A stretch of 64,000 bases of DNA from Leucoraja erinacea (taxonomy: Eukaryota). The stretch spans positions 9,672,001-9,736,000 of the forward strand of contig NC_073401.1 in assembly GCF_028641065.1 (NCBI RefSeq), read 5' to 3'. The first letter of the stretch is position 1. Each line of letters opens with the position of its first letter. The translations under genes and the position numbers were made by a program. Positions 28,918-42,330 of this stretch are shown one piece after another. Below the pieces are notes generated by a model. It was not told where the DNA came from and made no database searches. It worked only from the letters and a program-made list of their open reading frames with translations.

Positions 28918-30944
28918 AAACTGTCGACAATGCAAATATGGAGACCAAAACTGACCAAATATTTAAGGGCCAAATGTGACCAAGTCATGAAGTGAACAGC
29001 TTCAGCCGACAAGTCCAGATTTCCCCAGGGCATTGGTACAGTTGTAGCAAGATTTCGGAAGTCTGAAGACCCGAAATGTCACCTATCCGTTCTCTCCAGA
29101 GATGCTGTCTGACCTGCTGAGCTACTCCAGCTCATTTGGGTCTATCTTCTGTCGCAAGATGTATCTGGGTTTTTTTTTCTACGAGGCTCCCTCTGCATTG
29201 AAGGCCAATATTCAAGCTGTCTTGTTAATCCTTTATCTAGACCTAAAAGGCAATTTTGAAGGCGAGACTCGTATTTTCTCTCAAATAAAATAAACCACAG
29301 GAAATTCTGTTGCAGTTTACTACTAGATGTTGGCTTAGATTTTACATCCTTTATATTTTCCCTCAAGTTGGAAGGTCTGTGAAGCAAAGTGAAAGTAAGA
29401 CAGCATTGCCACTGACACCAATGTATGAAATGATTTTGCTGCCATCAGTTGTTTTAAACCACTTTTTTGTCCCCATCACAATGAAGATCTCATTGTTCCT
29501 TGTGCTGATAGTAGTGTATACTGGGAGCCTAATGTGTGGACCTTACAGTTATTTTGTAGTGTGATGCCATCTGAATATTCAATACATTTATCTGAAATTC
29601 CACTCTGCTATTTTAATGGAGGCATTAGACTGTTTACAAAAATGTGTTAATACCTTTGCTAGTTTAGTGAGGAGGTTCAGACTAACACTTTAATAAAGAA
29701 TTATTACACATTGTAATAGCAAGGCCAGTATATTTTCATTAAAGCAAGAGAAATATATATCATGGTCTGGTTCGCTACTTGCAGCCATCAGAGAGGTTAC
29801 CTTTTGAACACTGAAACCAAAAAATAAATTGGGCAAATTTGATTTCTAAATGTGTTAAATGAAATTTGAAGACCAAAAATAAATGACTTCATCTGTTATG
29901 CATTTGTATATTTTAAATGTCTGGATTTTATTATATATGCAGAACTTATTTATGAGTTGCTTTTAGTGCATGAACATATTTTTAATAAGTTATTTGCAAT
30001 ACTGAACAAATCAATGTTTAATTTTTTTATTAAAATGTTATATGTTTCAAAATTTGGTATAAGAAAATGTTTTTAATAAAAAGGTAAATATTTCCTGAAA
30101 AGTTGCATTTTTTCATGTTTCTTTCATCAGATGCTAATAAATGATCAAAAGAAAATGATGGAACGTCATTAATCTATAAGTAAAGCGTGAGAGTACATTA
30201 GACCATAAGACATACGAACAGATTTAGGCCATTCGGCCCATTGTGCCTATTCCGTACAAAATTGATGATATGAAAACGTCTATATCCCCCCATGCTCTAC
30301 CCAAGAACGGGAAGTATCTGAACTATGAATGCATAAAGCATAACATTAGCAACCTAAATGAACTAACAAGCTTTTCCCATACAGAGTCAGTCATTATATT
30401 CACACGTTCAACTTGAAACACACTATTGGGAGTAAATATACCCAGTCAAACATGTTTTAAAGAGAAGAATACAAAGTGCTGGAGTAACTCAGTGGGGTCA
30501 GGCAGCATCTCAGGGGTACATGGATTGGCAATGTTTAGGATCATGATCCTTCCTCAGTATCAATCGGAAACGTCATCGATCCATGTCCTCCACACATTTT
30601 CCATGACCGTTCAGTTCCTCCAACAATTTGTGTTCTACACAACATTCGAACATCTGCAGTTCCTTGCATCCACGCTTCAATGGGAAGTTCCTGTAGAATG
30701 GACACTAAAGTTATCACAAACATTTTTGACCCAGCATCATTAAAATGAGTGCAAACAATTTTACATTTAAAATAAAATCTAACTCTTCGGATATTTGTCT
30801 TGAGATTAGTATATTCTGAATAGTGCTGGCTCTCTATATACGCTATGCAATCATATTAGTTCTGTGTGCGATTAGGGTACAGCACTCAATTTTTTAAATA
30901 AGTGCAGAGTCATTTTCAATGGGTAGGGGAATCAAGAACTAGAT

Positions 30945-31260
30945 TTAGTTTAATTTAGTTTAGTTTAGAGATACAGTGTAGAAACAGGCCCTTCGACTCT
31001 CCGAGACCACACCGGCCAGCGATCCCCGCACATTAACACTACCCTACACACACTAGGGGCAATTTTACATTTATACATTGATACCAAGCCAATTAACCTG
31101 CAAACCAGTACATCTTTGGAGTATGGGAGGAAACTGAAGATCTCAGCGAAAACCCACGCAGGTCACGGGGAGAACGCGCAAACTCCGTACAGACAGCACC
31201 TGTGGTCGGGATCGAACCCGGGTCTCTGGGGCTGTACTGCAGCTCTACCGCTATGCCGCC
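30945..31260 (-). repeat. HE1-like V-SINE
   Basis: Reverse complement of the family consensus, with a (ctaaa)n tail. Confidence 0.8.
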
Positions 31261-33049
31261 AGTTGACATTGGTTTAAAGTGGGAAGGGAAACCTTTTCAC
31301 AGTGTGTGGTGGGTATGTAGAATGGTCAGCGCGTCATTTTCACTGTTCCCCGATACACGTGACAATAAACTAAACTAAATTAAGGCAGGTAATATAACAG
31401 CATTTAGAAGACATTTGAATGCATGAATAAGTTTATTGGCCAAGTGTGTCCACATACAAGGAATTGCCTTGGTGCTCCGCTCGCAAGTAACAACGCAACA
31501 TACAGTAACAATTAAGAATGACACAAAACATTATACATTTGGCAGGTACATGGATAGGAAAGGTTAATGGGACAAGCTTAGATGGGCGTCTTGGCAGGCA
31601 TGGATGAGTTGGGCTGAAGGGCCAGTTTCCGTGTTGTATGACTCCATGACTACAAATGTGAACGGTGAACACGGCATCAAAGATTCTTCTTGATGGGAGA
31701 ATCCAGGTTGCCAGGTGAATTACAGCAAAAATGTGGCAGAGTACGCAAAAATCTTCATCTTAATCCAATTACAAATTCTATGAGTGAGTAGGCATATTAT
31801 TGCTGGGACTATCTCTGTATACAGCTGGTCTTAAAAATAATTTTCTATTGCCAAATCTATTTACTGCACTACAGTGAGAAGATAGAAATCTCATTTATTA
31901 TTTCACATTTATATTTTGGGATGCTCTCCAAAGATGTTATGGTTTGCAAGAATAATTGGAACAGATGAAAGAAGAGATGATAAATGAGGTGTTGCCAAAT
32001 CAAAAATTGTTCCAGAGATGCCATTTTCCCCCCTTCGCTGCAGTATACTCCTTTATCTCCTTTCTACAAGGTATTGCATCATCTACTAATTGGAGGAAAT
32101 ACAAGCCTGGACATGATAGCGAGTAATGTTACCATTTAAATTAGTTATTCATTTCTAAGGATACTTCAAACTCGGCCTGACTTTTGATTGCCTCTTTTGT
32201 TTTCTTCTGTTCCCTTCCTTCCTATTCCTGAAAATAACATTCACAGATGCCATTTGTCACTGTATTTTGGCCTCCTTTAACTGCCAAACTGGACGGTTCA
32301 AGCAGTCCAGGCCATCAATGTCTGATGCTGCTATGATTCTGACATACAGATCCCATTTGTTTCGTGTGCGAAGGAACTGCAGATGCTGGTTTAAACCAGA
32401 GATGGAAATATAGTGTTTAGAGATGTAGATTGGAAACAGGCCCTTCGGCCCACCGAGTCCATGCCGACCAAAGATCACCCGTAAAATAGTTCTACCCTGC
32501 ACACAAGGGACAATTTACAGAAGCCAATTAACCTACAAGTGCTGGAGAAAAAGCATTGGTGGCAATTCATGTTGAGATGAAACGTCGCCTATTCCTTTTC
32601 TCCAGAGATGCTCTGACCCGCTGAGTTACTCCACCTTTTTGTGTCTAACTCCCATTTGTTTTACACAGACTTGTTCCTCTCCCTAGCTCTGCTGCTTGTT
32701 AAACAAACGTTGACATCTGACGCTCGTTCTAGCTCTTAAGAGTTACAGAGTAATACAGCACAGAAACAGGCCCTTCAGCCCAGATAGTCCGTGCCAAACA
32801 AGATGCCTCGTCTAAGCTAGTCCCAATTTGCTGCATTTATTCCATATCTCTCTAAACCTTTCCTATCCATGTACTTGTCCAAGTGTCAATATGTCCAAGC
32901 TTTTTATTTATCCATTAAGAGAGACCATGTCAGTTCGATGAATGCATTTATGATACCAGGTGAAGCTAAAGCTATTCTTGAGCATTGTTACAACATACAT
33001 GTTATATCACAAGAAGGAACAGAGGGACAAACTTGATGTTTAGTTTTTT

Positions 33050-33370
33050 AAGTTTTAGGTTTTGAGATACAGCTTGGAAAAGGCCCTTCGGTTAATGAGT
33101 CCATAACGACCACTGACCACATGTTCACACTAGTTCTTTCATGTTATCTCACTTTCACATCCATTCCCCACATACTGGGGGCCGATTCATCTACAAACCT
33201 GCAGGTCTTTGGAATGTGGAAGTAAACCGGAGCACCATAAGGAAACCCATGCAGTCACAGGTAGAATGTGCAAACTCCACACAGACAGCACCCGAGGTCC
33301 GGATCGAACTTGGGTCTCTGGTGCTGTGAGGCAGCGGCTCTATCTATCAGCTGCACCACGGTACTGCCCT
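33050..33370 (-). repeat. HE1-like V-SINE
   Basis: Reverse complement of the family consensus. Confidence 0.75.
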
Positions 33371-33529
33371 TAAATGTTAGGAAGTGCTTCTTCACTCAGA
33401 GTGTTTATTTTTAATAAAGGCATATAAAGGCTTGGCGGCTTTACAATATAACCAACAGTAGCTAGCCGAAACATAAATAGCTCCTACAAAGTAAATAGCT
33501 AATGGCAAAAGTGTTTGTAATGAATACAA

Positions 33530-33845
33530 GGCAGCATAGTGGTAATGTTGCTGCCTTACAGCACCAGAGATGGGGTGGAAGATTGCAACCTTCACGTGGT
33601 CCGCCGTTTCGACTAATGCAATCAATTTGACGTGCACAAACGGAAGATCAAATAGAACACGTTGTCCAACAACTTTAGGCTGTGCACGCCACACGAAAGA
33701 AGAAGAAGCGCCAGAGACCTGGGTTCGATCCTGACTAAAGGTGCTGTTTGTACAGAGGTTGTACGTTCTTCCTGTGACCTAGTGGGTTTTCTCCAGGTGA
33801 TCTGGTTTCCTGCCACATCCCAAAGACATGCAGGTTTGTAAGTTA
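33530..33845 (+). repeat. HE1-like V-SINE interrupted by a 137 bp insertion
   Basis: Head split at gcaccagaga / gcgccagaga (33561-33570, 33708-33717). Confidence 0.75.
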
Positions 33846-34071
33846 GTTGTGGTATCGAATGCGGATCACTGCTGGAGTGCTCAACTTTTTAAACTCCATG
33901 TTCTGAACATCCAGGTGATTTCATTTCTTTACCCCCCCCCCCCCCCTCCCCGCCCCCAACTCTCTCACCCACGTTTAACTTTTTTTTTTTTAAAATTAAA
34001 ATAAACGTTTATAATTTATGTCACTGAAGTTTTCTGCAGTCATGTTTTCCGTTCCACTGATGTTCTTCAGT

Positions 34072-34165
34072 CTGAAGAAGGGTTTCGGCCCGAAACGTCG
34101 CCTATTTCCTTCGCTCCATAGATGCTGCTGCACCCGCTGAGTTTCTCCAGCAATTTTGTGTACCT
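34072..34165 (+). ncRNA. Penelope pLTR fragment with minimal hammerhead ribozyme core
   Basis: CTGAAGA-A-GGGT(TTCG)GCCC-GAAAC-GTC: the CUGANGA/GAAA core, stem II with a UUCG loop, and a GUC triplet. Similar copies at 13988, 38496 and 62828 (+) and ~10315, 10680, 37320 and 63350 (-). Confidence 0.65.
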
Positions 34166-34884
34166 TCAGGTTTGTAAGTTAATTGGCTTTGATAAACAAA
34201 AAAAATGGGAACTGTCCCTCGTGTGTGGGATGGTGCTAGCGGGTGGGGTGGTCGCTGGTCGGCACAGGCTCGGTGGGCTGAAAGGCCTGTTTCTGCACTG
34301 TACCTCTAAAGTCTAAAGAATGCAATGGCACTCCGCTAATTGGACAAATAGCAACTCAGTAATCCAATACATTTACCTCAAGATCTGACATCTTTATAGA
34401 ACCCTCTCCAGCAAAGCTGCCAGGTCTGAGCGATGACTTGCAGTTGAAAATTGCTTTGCGTGATGTTGGATCTTAAACCTTTACAAGAGGGTCAGTCCCT
34501 TCCACAGACAAGTGCAATGCGCAGTGTAGAGCTTTAGCTCTTTGCCAGAGACACCGTGCACTGAATTCACGGCAAGGCTCTGCCGTTGGGTATCTTGCCC
34601 AAAAAACAGTTATTGTAATGAAGTACTGCTGCACAAAATAATAACATTCAGGCAAATTAAAACAAGTAAACTAATTAGACCACAATTGCTGGCTTCACAG
34701 TTGCTTCTCCATTCTGAAAGCACATTGTAATTTTTTTTCAGTTTATTTTTGGATCAGCACATATTATGCTACATTTATTGGGCTATTAGAATCAACGCAT
34801 TGTACTGAACAGACTCTGGGCCTTTCAGCCCAATTCATCTCTGCAACCATGTTATCTGCCAATTCTCATCCCAATTCGGCCTGT

Positions 34885-35456
34885 AGAAACATAGAAAATA
34901 GGTGCAGGAGTAGGCCATTCGGCACTTTGAGCCTGCACCGCCATTCAATATGATCATTGCTGATCATCCAACTCAGTATCCTGTACCTGCTTTCTCTCCG
35001 TACCCCCTGGTCCCTTTAGCCACAAGGGCCACATCTAACTCCCTCTTAAATATAGCCAATGAACTGGCCTCAACTGCATTCTGTGGCAGAGAATTCCAGA
35101 GATTCACCACTCTCTGTGTGAAAAAATGTTTTCCTCATCTCAGTCCTAAAAGATTTCCCCTTTATCCTTAAACTGTGACCCCTTGTTCTGGACTTCCCCA
35201 ACATCGGGAACAATCTTCCTGCATCTAGCCTGTCCAACCCCTTAAGAATTTTGTAAGTTTCAATAAGATCCCCCCTCAATCTTCTAAATTCTAGCGAGTA
35301 CAAGCCGAGTCTATCCAGTCTTTCTTCATATGAAAGTCCTGACATCCCAGGAATCAGTCTGGTGAACCTTCTCTGTACTCCCTCTATGGCAAGAATGTCC
35401 TTCCTCAGATTAGGAGACCAAAACTGAACGCAATACTCCAGGTGTAGTCTCACCAA
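34885..35456 (-). mobile_element. CR1/HER1-like LINE 3' end
   Basis: VRLHLEYCVQFWSPNLRKDILAIEGVQRRFTRLIPGMSGLSYEERLDRLGLYSLEFRRLRGDL. Confidence 0.9.
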
Positions 35457-35719
35457 GTATGTGATGTCTTTGTAATGTAATATATGTAACAGAAACTCGT
35501 GCCTGAGGTCAAGTGACCTTCAAGATAAAAGGCAGTGATTGCAGAATAAACGGGCTCTTGAACTCGGTGTGGACGTGTCCTCTTGTGCTAGTCACAACAG
35601 AGCCTTGCCTCCGGACAAGAAACCTTTGCACTGTACAACTGCAGTAGAACCTCCCTGCTCCTATACTCAAATCCTTTTGCTATGTATTTCTCTTCTCTTT
35701 TGCGGTGGCTGTCCAAATG

Positions 35720-35985
35720 CGGGTGGCACGGTGGCACAGCGGTAGTGTTGCTGCTTTACAGCGTCAGAGACCCGGGTTCGATCCTGACGAGTGCCATCTG
35801 TACAGAGTTTGCACGTTCTCCCTGTGAATGCGTGGGCTTTCTCCAGGTGTTCCGATTTCCTCCCACACTCCAAAGACAGATTTGTAGATTAAATGGCTTC
35901 GGTAAAATAGTAAATTGTCCATAGTGTGTAAAATAGTGCCGATGTACGGGGTGACTGCTGTTTCCACGCTGTATCTCTAAACTAT
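35720..35985 (+). repeat. HE1-like V-SINE
   Basis: Head, V-domain and tail. Further copies at ~5900-6135, 10400-10562, 19725-20075, 36250-36530, 36850-37102, 40688-40850, 47230-47470 and 48770-49020. Confidence 0.8.
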
Positions 35986-38900
35986 ACCAAACTCAAATGC
36001 CATTTAAACATTGTAAATGCATCTGCCTCTGCTACCTTCTCTGGCAGCTCATTCCAGATGACCAACAACAATTGTGTAAAACATTTTCCCAATCAGAGCT
36101 CCATTTAATTTCTCCTGTGTCTCAACTTAAACCTGTGCCCTCTAGTTCTAGACTCTACTGCCCTGGGGAAAAGGCCCTGGGTAAAATCTATCCCATCCAT
36201 GCCCCCTAATTTCATGTCGCTCTGAATAGAAAACATGACAACTTAGTATAGTTCAGTCCAGAGACACAGCTTGGAAACAAGCCCTGCGGTCCCACTGTCC
36301 ACGCTGACCAACCACCGCCCCATCACACTAGTTCTGCTTTATCCACTCCCTACACACTAGGAGGAAATTTACAGAGGGCAATTGACCTACAAACCACTCA
36401 CATCTTTGGGATGTGGGGGCAAAACCAGACCACAAGCGGTCACAGGGAGAACGTGCAAGATCCACACAGGCAGTATCCGGGTCACTGGCGTTGTGAGGCA
36501 GCAGCTTTACTAGCTGTGCCATTGTGCCGCCATAGGCAGGCAGATTGGATGTACAAGCTGCAGATAAAATGTAATGCAGAAAGATAGTAGATTTGCAAAA
36601 AGAACAAGACACGACAGACAAAATAGTACAGTTATAAAGGGCATGGAGGAACAGGGAAACATGGTGTAGAGGTACATAACTATTCGTAAGTCAAAGCCAT
36701 GTTGCGAGAATGCATGATAAAGTGCGCAGCATCCTGGATTCATGATCGACACATGGAGTGCAAAGGCAGGTGGATTATGTTGAACCTTAATAAACAATTA
36801 GGACCCAACAGGAAGGCTGTACCCGACTTGAGGAAGTATGTGGGTCCGAGTCGGTGCCAATCACTGATCATCCGTTCCCACTAATTCTACATTATCTCAC
36901 TCCCTACACACTAGGGACAATTTAGAGGCCAATTGATTTACAAACCTGCACTTCTATGGAATGTGGGAGGAAACCGGAATACTCGGAGGAAACCCGTGCG
37001 GGAGAACGTACAAACTCCATACCGACAACACCCGGGGACAGGATCAAACCCAGGTCTCTGGTGTTGTAAGGCAGCAACTCTACCGCTGCGCCACTGTGCC
37101 ACCCCGGAGTCCTAAAGAGTTTGCAGAAAAGATTTACGAACATGGTTCCAGGGTAAGAAATACGAGCTGAAAGGTGGCTGGTGGGTTGGAGAAACCAGAC
37201 TGGAGAAAGTGTGTTTAAGAAGGAACTGCAGATGCTGGAAACTCGAAGGTAGACAAAAATGCTGGAGGAACTCAGCGGGTGAGGCAGCATCTATGGAGCG
37301 AAGGAAATAGGCAACGTTTCGGGTCGAAGCCCTTCTTCAGATGTGAGGAAGGAAGGGTGGGAGGAAGAAAGGAAGTGGTGGAGCCAGAGGGCTGAGGGAG
37401 AGCTGAGAAGGGGAGGTGGAAGTAAGGACTACCTGAAATTAGAGAAGTCAATGTTCATACCGCTGGGGTGCAAGTGTGGTTGTTCTTGAAGAAGTTTAAG
37501 AGGAGATTTGAAATAGATGTGAAAAAATCTGTCTGAAGGAGGGTCCCAACCCGAAACGTCGCTTCTCTATTCCCTCCACAGATGCTGCCTGACCTGCTGA
37601 GTTATTCCAGCACTTTGTGTTTTGCTCAAGATTCCAGCATCTGCAGTTCCTTGTGTCTACAAAATCATATGCTGGTACAGATTGGGTAAATAGATAAATA
37701 AGTGGTGTCTGTTAACAGATAAATCAAGGAACAGAGTGAACAGATTTAAAGTTTTTGTCAATCAGTCCAAGGTGATGTGAGGAGAAGCGATCTTTATATT
37801 GATAGCAGTAATGATCTGCAGGAAAAGTAACTGTTTATACAGCACTTATCATCTTAAACTCACCACCAGTTAGGGTGGAGGAAACAACCATAATTATGTC
37901 TTTCAAAGGAACTTGAAAAAACAATTTCAAGAATGGCTATATTGAATGTAGTTGACATGATATTTTAGCTAAAAACTGGCACAAGCGACTTAATGGGCCA
38001 AAGGGCCTATGTCTTTGCCCTAGCCATCCTTTAATTCAAGGCATTATGTGACAGCTTTATCGTGACACAGAATAGAATTCCTGTCCTTGTCCTCCAGCCA
38101 TTCATTTCTCAGCTCCACTGGAATGTTTGGATGAAATGCTAAACAAGGCAGAAACTCAAAGTACTGCATGTATGCCGAGATTCATTCCAAATTATTGTAT
38201 TCTGGGCAGAGCACTGATAATTAACTCCTGCATTCCCTCCCCTGCCCTCTCTCCCTCCTTCCCCAAACTAGTCTTCCTACCAATCTTGTATCCCTCTTGT
38301 TATCACACCTTCTCCAGCCAACAATGGGTCATTTAAGGCCTCCACTCTCCCTGAGGTTATCAGCAATGCGGCCTGACCCAGAGTTACTCCAGCTTTTTGT
38401 GTCCATCTTCGGTTTAATTCAGCTCGGATTTGTTCTGGCCTTTTCTTACCTCCAGTTTATTTTCCCCCTCCCCCCCCTCCTCGTCTACTTTCAGTCTGAA
38501 GAAGAGTTCTGACCTGAAACGTCACCAACTCCTTTTATCCAGAGATGCAGCCTGACCTACTGAGTTACTCCAACATTTTATATCTTTCGCTGTATACCAG
38601 CATCTTGGTTTCTTCCTACACACAGAGTACTGATAAATGTGGGGAAAAAACCCAAAGTGCTGGAGGAACTCAGTGGATCAGGCAGCATATGTGAAGGGAG
38701 TGAACAGACAATGTTTCGGTTGGGACTCTTCTTCAGTTTGATGAAGGGTCCCAACCAGAAATGTCATCTGTCCACTCCTCCACAGACCTTGCCTGACCCA
38801 TCAGACGATTCAGGTTGGGATACTTTTTTATTTTGATCCACTGATTTCATAAGTTCCAGGAGAAGAATTAGGCCATTTGGCCCATCAAGTCTACTCCGCC

Positions 38901-39405
38901 ATTCAGTAACACCTGATCTATCTTTCCCTCTCAACCCCATTCTCCTGTCTTCACCCCATAATCCCTGACAACCTTCTCCACCCTTCCTCCAGCACTTTGT
39001 GTTTTGCCTTGCGGTAAATTAACTTTTCCTCCTGATAGAAAATAATTAGACCTATAATGGTAAATTATACAAGTCAGTCAAACAGAGAAAGGACAATCTC
39101 ACCTGCTTTGTGCTTCCAGCATTCTGTTTTTGTAATAAATTCCAGCATTGGGATTATTTTGTTGCCCACTATAGCCTAACAAAGCTAATTTCTTGACTTT
39201 TTATAGAGACTCATACAAAACACAGAGCCGTGTCCCTAAAACAACTATATTACAATTAAAACACAAAGTACGTGCTATAACAGCAGGATAAGCGCTCAAC
39301 CAAGAAAACCAAGCCCAAAGCCAAAGTAGTATGTAAACTGATTATACCAACTTATGCTAAGGACAATAACCAACTCCATATGCAATTATCAGCTACCTAT
39401 GTGTT

Positions 39406-39917
39406 GGATTGCAACCTTGTTGTGGTCGGAGAGCTTGTGTGTCTCAGTGACCCCTGGAGCTATGCCAGCGGGAGATTTGTCTCCTGTTAGGGTCTCCCAT
39501 GCTGGACAGGTCGAAGGGTAGAGGCGAGACGAAGAGCGATCCACTGGTCCTCCAGGTTGGAGGTTGAGCACAGGGGCTAACAACCCTGTCTCGTAAAACA
39601 AATATGTTACGGAAACAGCGACTGAAGGAATCAACACTACTGGGCGTGATGGACTTCCAGGGCTATCGACAGATGTAGGATGAATGTCAATGGTGAAGAG
39701 AACCAGACAGCATCCCAAGAATAGCCCTGCACTGGACACCGGAAGGGAAAAGGGAAAGCGGGAGACCCAAAACCACCTGGCATCGTACTGTAGAGGAGGA
39801 AATGAAAACAATGGACCTGACCTGGGGTAGTGTCCAGAGGTTAGCCCAGAACAGACAAGAGTGGAGGACCTTTGTTGCTGCCCCACATGCCAGGAGGCAT
39901 AATAGGCAGTAAGTAAG
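39406..39917 (+). mobile_element. Internally deleted (bipartite) RTE-clade element
   Basis: RTE-type 5' UTR (caaccttgttgtggtcggagagcttgtgtgtctcagtgaccc...ggtctcccatg) fused to the C-terminus ALHWTPEGKRESGRPKTTWHRTVEEEM..LAQNRQEWRTFVAA and a (gtaa)n tail. Confidence 0.72.
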
Positions 39918-41971
39918 TATGTGCTAACAAGCACATTTTAAAAAAACTGATTGTGTAGATGCAAGTATATCATTAGGGTTTTCAAGTGGGCACCTCCCTT
40001 CTCTGGTGATTCGTTGAGTTAGGCCCATTACACCTCGGGAAGGCTCAACGGTTAGTTCCAGCGTCCCAGAACAACCATATCGATACCAGCTCTCACCAAC
40101 TAAATAACACTTTGTTGAAATAATGGCCAACATTAACAAATTAGTTGTAGATGATGGCGCAAACGAGGTTGCAGATGTGTAGAGCAGTTTTCATTTGAAC
40201 AGTTTTTAACATATTTATGTTCCTGCTCGTTCATTCCCATTTCATGATTCCCTCCACCATTTCCATTCAGGTGTACCTTAAATGAATCTTAATTCTTAAA
40301 AAACATTTTTTTATTTCAAATTGCAATTGTTAATGAAATACTGCCTATAGTGATAAGCAATGCATTTCTGAATTTATTAAAATATATTACTGTAGTTACA
40401 CAGAAATCAACTTCAGAGAGTGTCATTATTGTAATACATCCCTCGTTTTTCACATATCATGCTGCAAAATCTGAAAATAATACATTTTATTGAGATCATG
40501 AAAAAAACTGAGATTCATTTTTTCTTATCACTGGATTTCACACTTGACGCCCCAATGATTTGTGAGTTAGAGCTTTTGTTTATAACTTAAATCGATTCGT
40601 AATGAATATATGTTACAGATCAAGTTCATTGCAGAGCATCTGTTCTTAAATACTTATTCCTTGGGCTGATGCTGCTCTTGCATCTGTTGGCACAGTGGAC
40701 AGTGGTATAGTTGCTGCCTTGCAGCACAAGAGATCCGTGTTCGATCCGGTCTATGGGTGCTGTCTGTATGGAGTTTGTACATTCTCCCTGTGTGTCTGCG
40801 TGGGTTCACTCCATTTTCCTCCCACATTCCACTGTCGTACAGGTTTGTATATTTAGGAAAGAACTGCAGATGCTGGTTTAAATCAAAGGTAGGCACAAAA
40901 TGCTGGTGAAGCTCAGCGGGTCAGGCAGCATCTCTGGAGAGAAGGAATGGGTGACGTTTCGGGTGACCTTCTACTGGCTGATGTCAGGGATAGAGATAGA
41001 ATGTAGTCTGAGACAGTAAAGGGCCTGTCCCACTTACGAGACTTTTCAGCGGACTGTCTACGACCTTCAAGCTCGGCGGCACTGGACTGAAAAACCACGA
41101 GCTGGATCGACCGTCACCGTGGAGAACACGCGCACACACACACACAATGCAGTTTGGTTCAGTCTGAGGAAGCGTTTCAAAATGTCACCCATTCCTTCTC
41201 TCCAGAGATGCTGCCTGCCCCGCTGAGTTACTCCAGCATTTTGTATCTGCCCAGGTTTGAACGCTATGCATTCATAGAATCAAGTCATACAAAGTGCTCA
41301 TCATTGAAATGTATACACAGAGAATAGTTGAACACATCACAATTTTTGAGAATATTACATTCACTGCATGTTACCTCACTCCAATAATGAAAAACAAAAA
41401 TAAAAATATCCAAAATACCTTTGTGGTTTCAACATGACCTAAAATAGTAAGATTAAACGAGAACTTGCCAGTTTGAAGTTTGATCTGTATTTTATGAGGA
41501 GTTACGATGAGGGATTTCGTGAAGAACCCCGCTTCCACGCATGCGTGCCATACTTCAAAGCAGCGGTGTGAGGTCACAGGAACCTATAATGATCTAACAT
41601 AGTAAGATTATCAAAGAGATACCAGTTTTTGATATGATCATACGAGGGTGGGAGCGGAGGGCACGAAATCCCTCATCGTAACTCCTCATAAAATACAGAT
41701 CAAACTTCAAACTGGCAAGTTCTCGTTTAATCTTACTATTTTACTTCGGAGTCACGTGAGTGACTTCGTGAAGATTTCAAAGCTCTGTGACCTCATGCCG
41801 TGGAACGAGTCCATGCTTCACAACTGCCTTGGGTATTGGGAGAGAGCATCATTAGTAGTTTTAAAACACAATTATACAAAGAGTTGTGTGGTATAACGAA
41901 AAAATATAACACTTTTTAAAATTTTGAGAATCATAACCCTGTAACCTATCGGGCAAATTATTTTGTTGAAC

Positions 41972-42330
41972 CTAAAATGTTTTCTTAATACAATGATGGC
42001 TCCAAATAAACTGGTTTATTATACAACCTGTGGAAAAACCCTTTTTTAAAATGACCCTCCTGCCATTCTGGGGATTTGGTCTGTGGGTACCTGTACAATA
42101 TTGCTGCGGATGTTGCTGCAGTCCTGGTGGAATGAGAGTTGGAACATCAGTGTCTATTCCTGCCATTTTGAGCCACCTTGATATAGTTTGAGTCGTGACC
42201 CTATCATGCAGTTTCTTGTAAGAGATAAACAACTCCATACTCTGACCTCGAATGTTCCGAGTATATGCTATGTATTGTTAGATGTGTCTTGTTATACACA
42301 GTCGTTTGCCATATGGGTGTACCATAAAAT
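41972..42330 (-). pseudogene. DIRS tyrosine recombinase C-terminal remnant
   Basis: LFISYKKLHDRVTTQTISRWLKMAGID, then a frameshift into HSTRTAATS (catalytic HxxR box at 42123-42134). Confidence 0.85.

Larger units (their letters stand above)
21919..30141 (+). other. CABP7: Putative long CABP7 3' UTR with alternative polyadenylation signals
   Basis: AT-rich, largely repeat-poor sequence after the stop. AATAAA cluster at 26167-26203 and further signals at 30075 and 30136. The true end is not determinable from DNA. Confidence 0.4.

Noticed and set aside
41440-41743. 82 bp perfect inverted repeat as a miRNA/hairpin RNA gene or assembly artefact
   Set aside because: It is fully explained by the DIRS right-end extension and ICR geometry.
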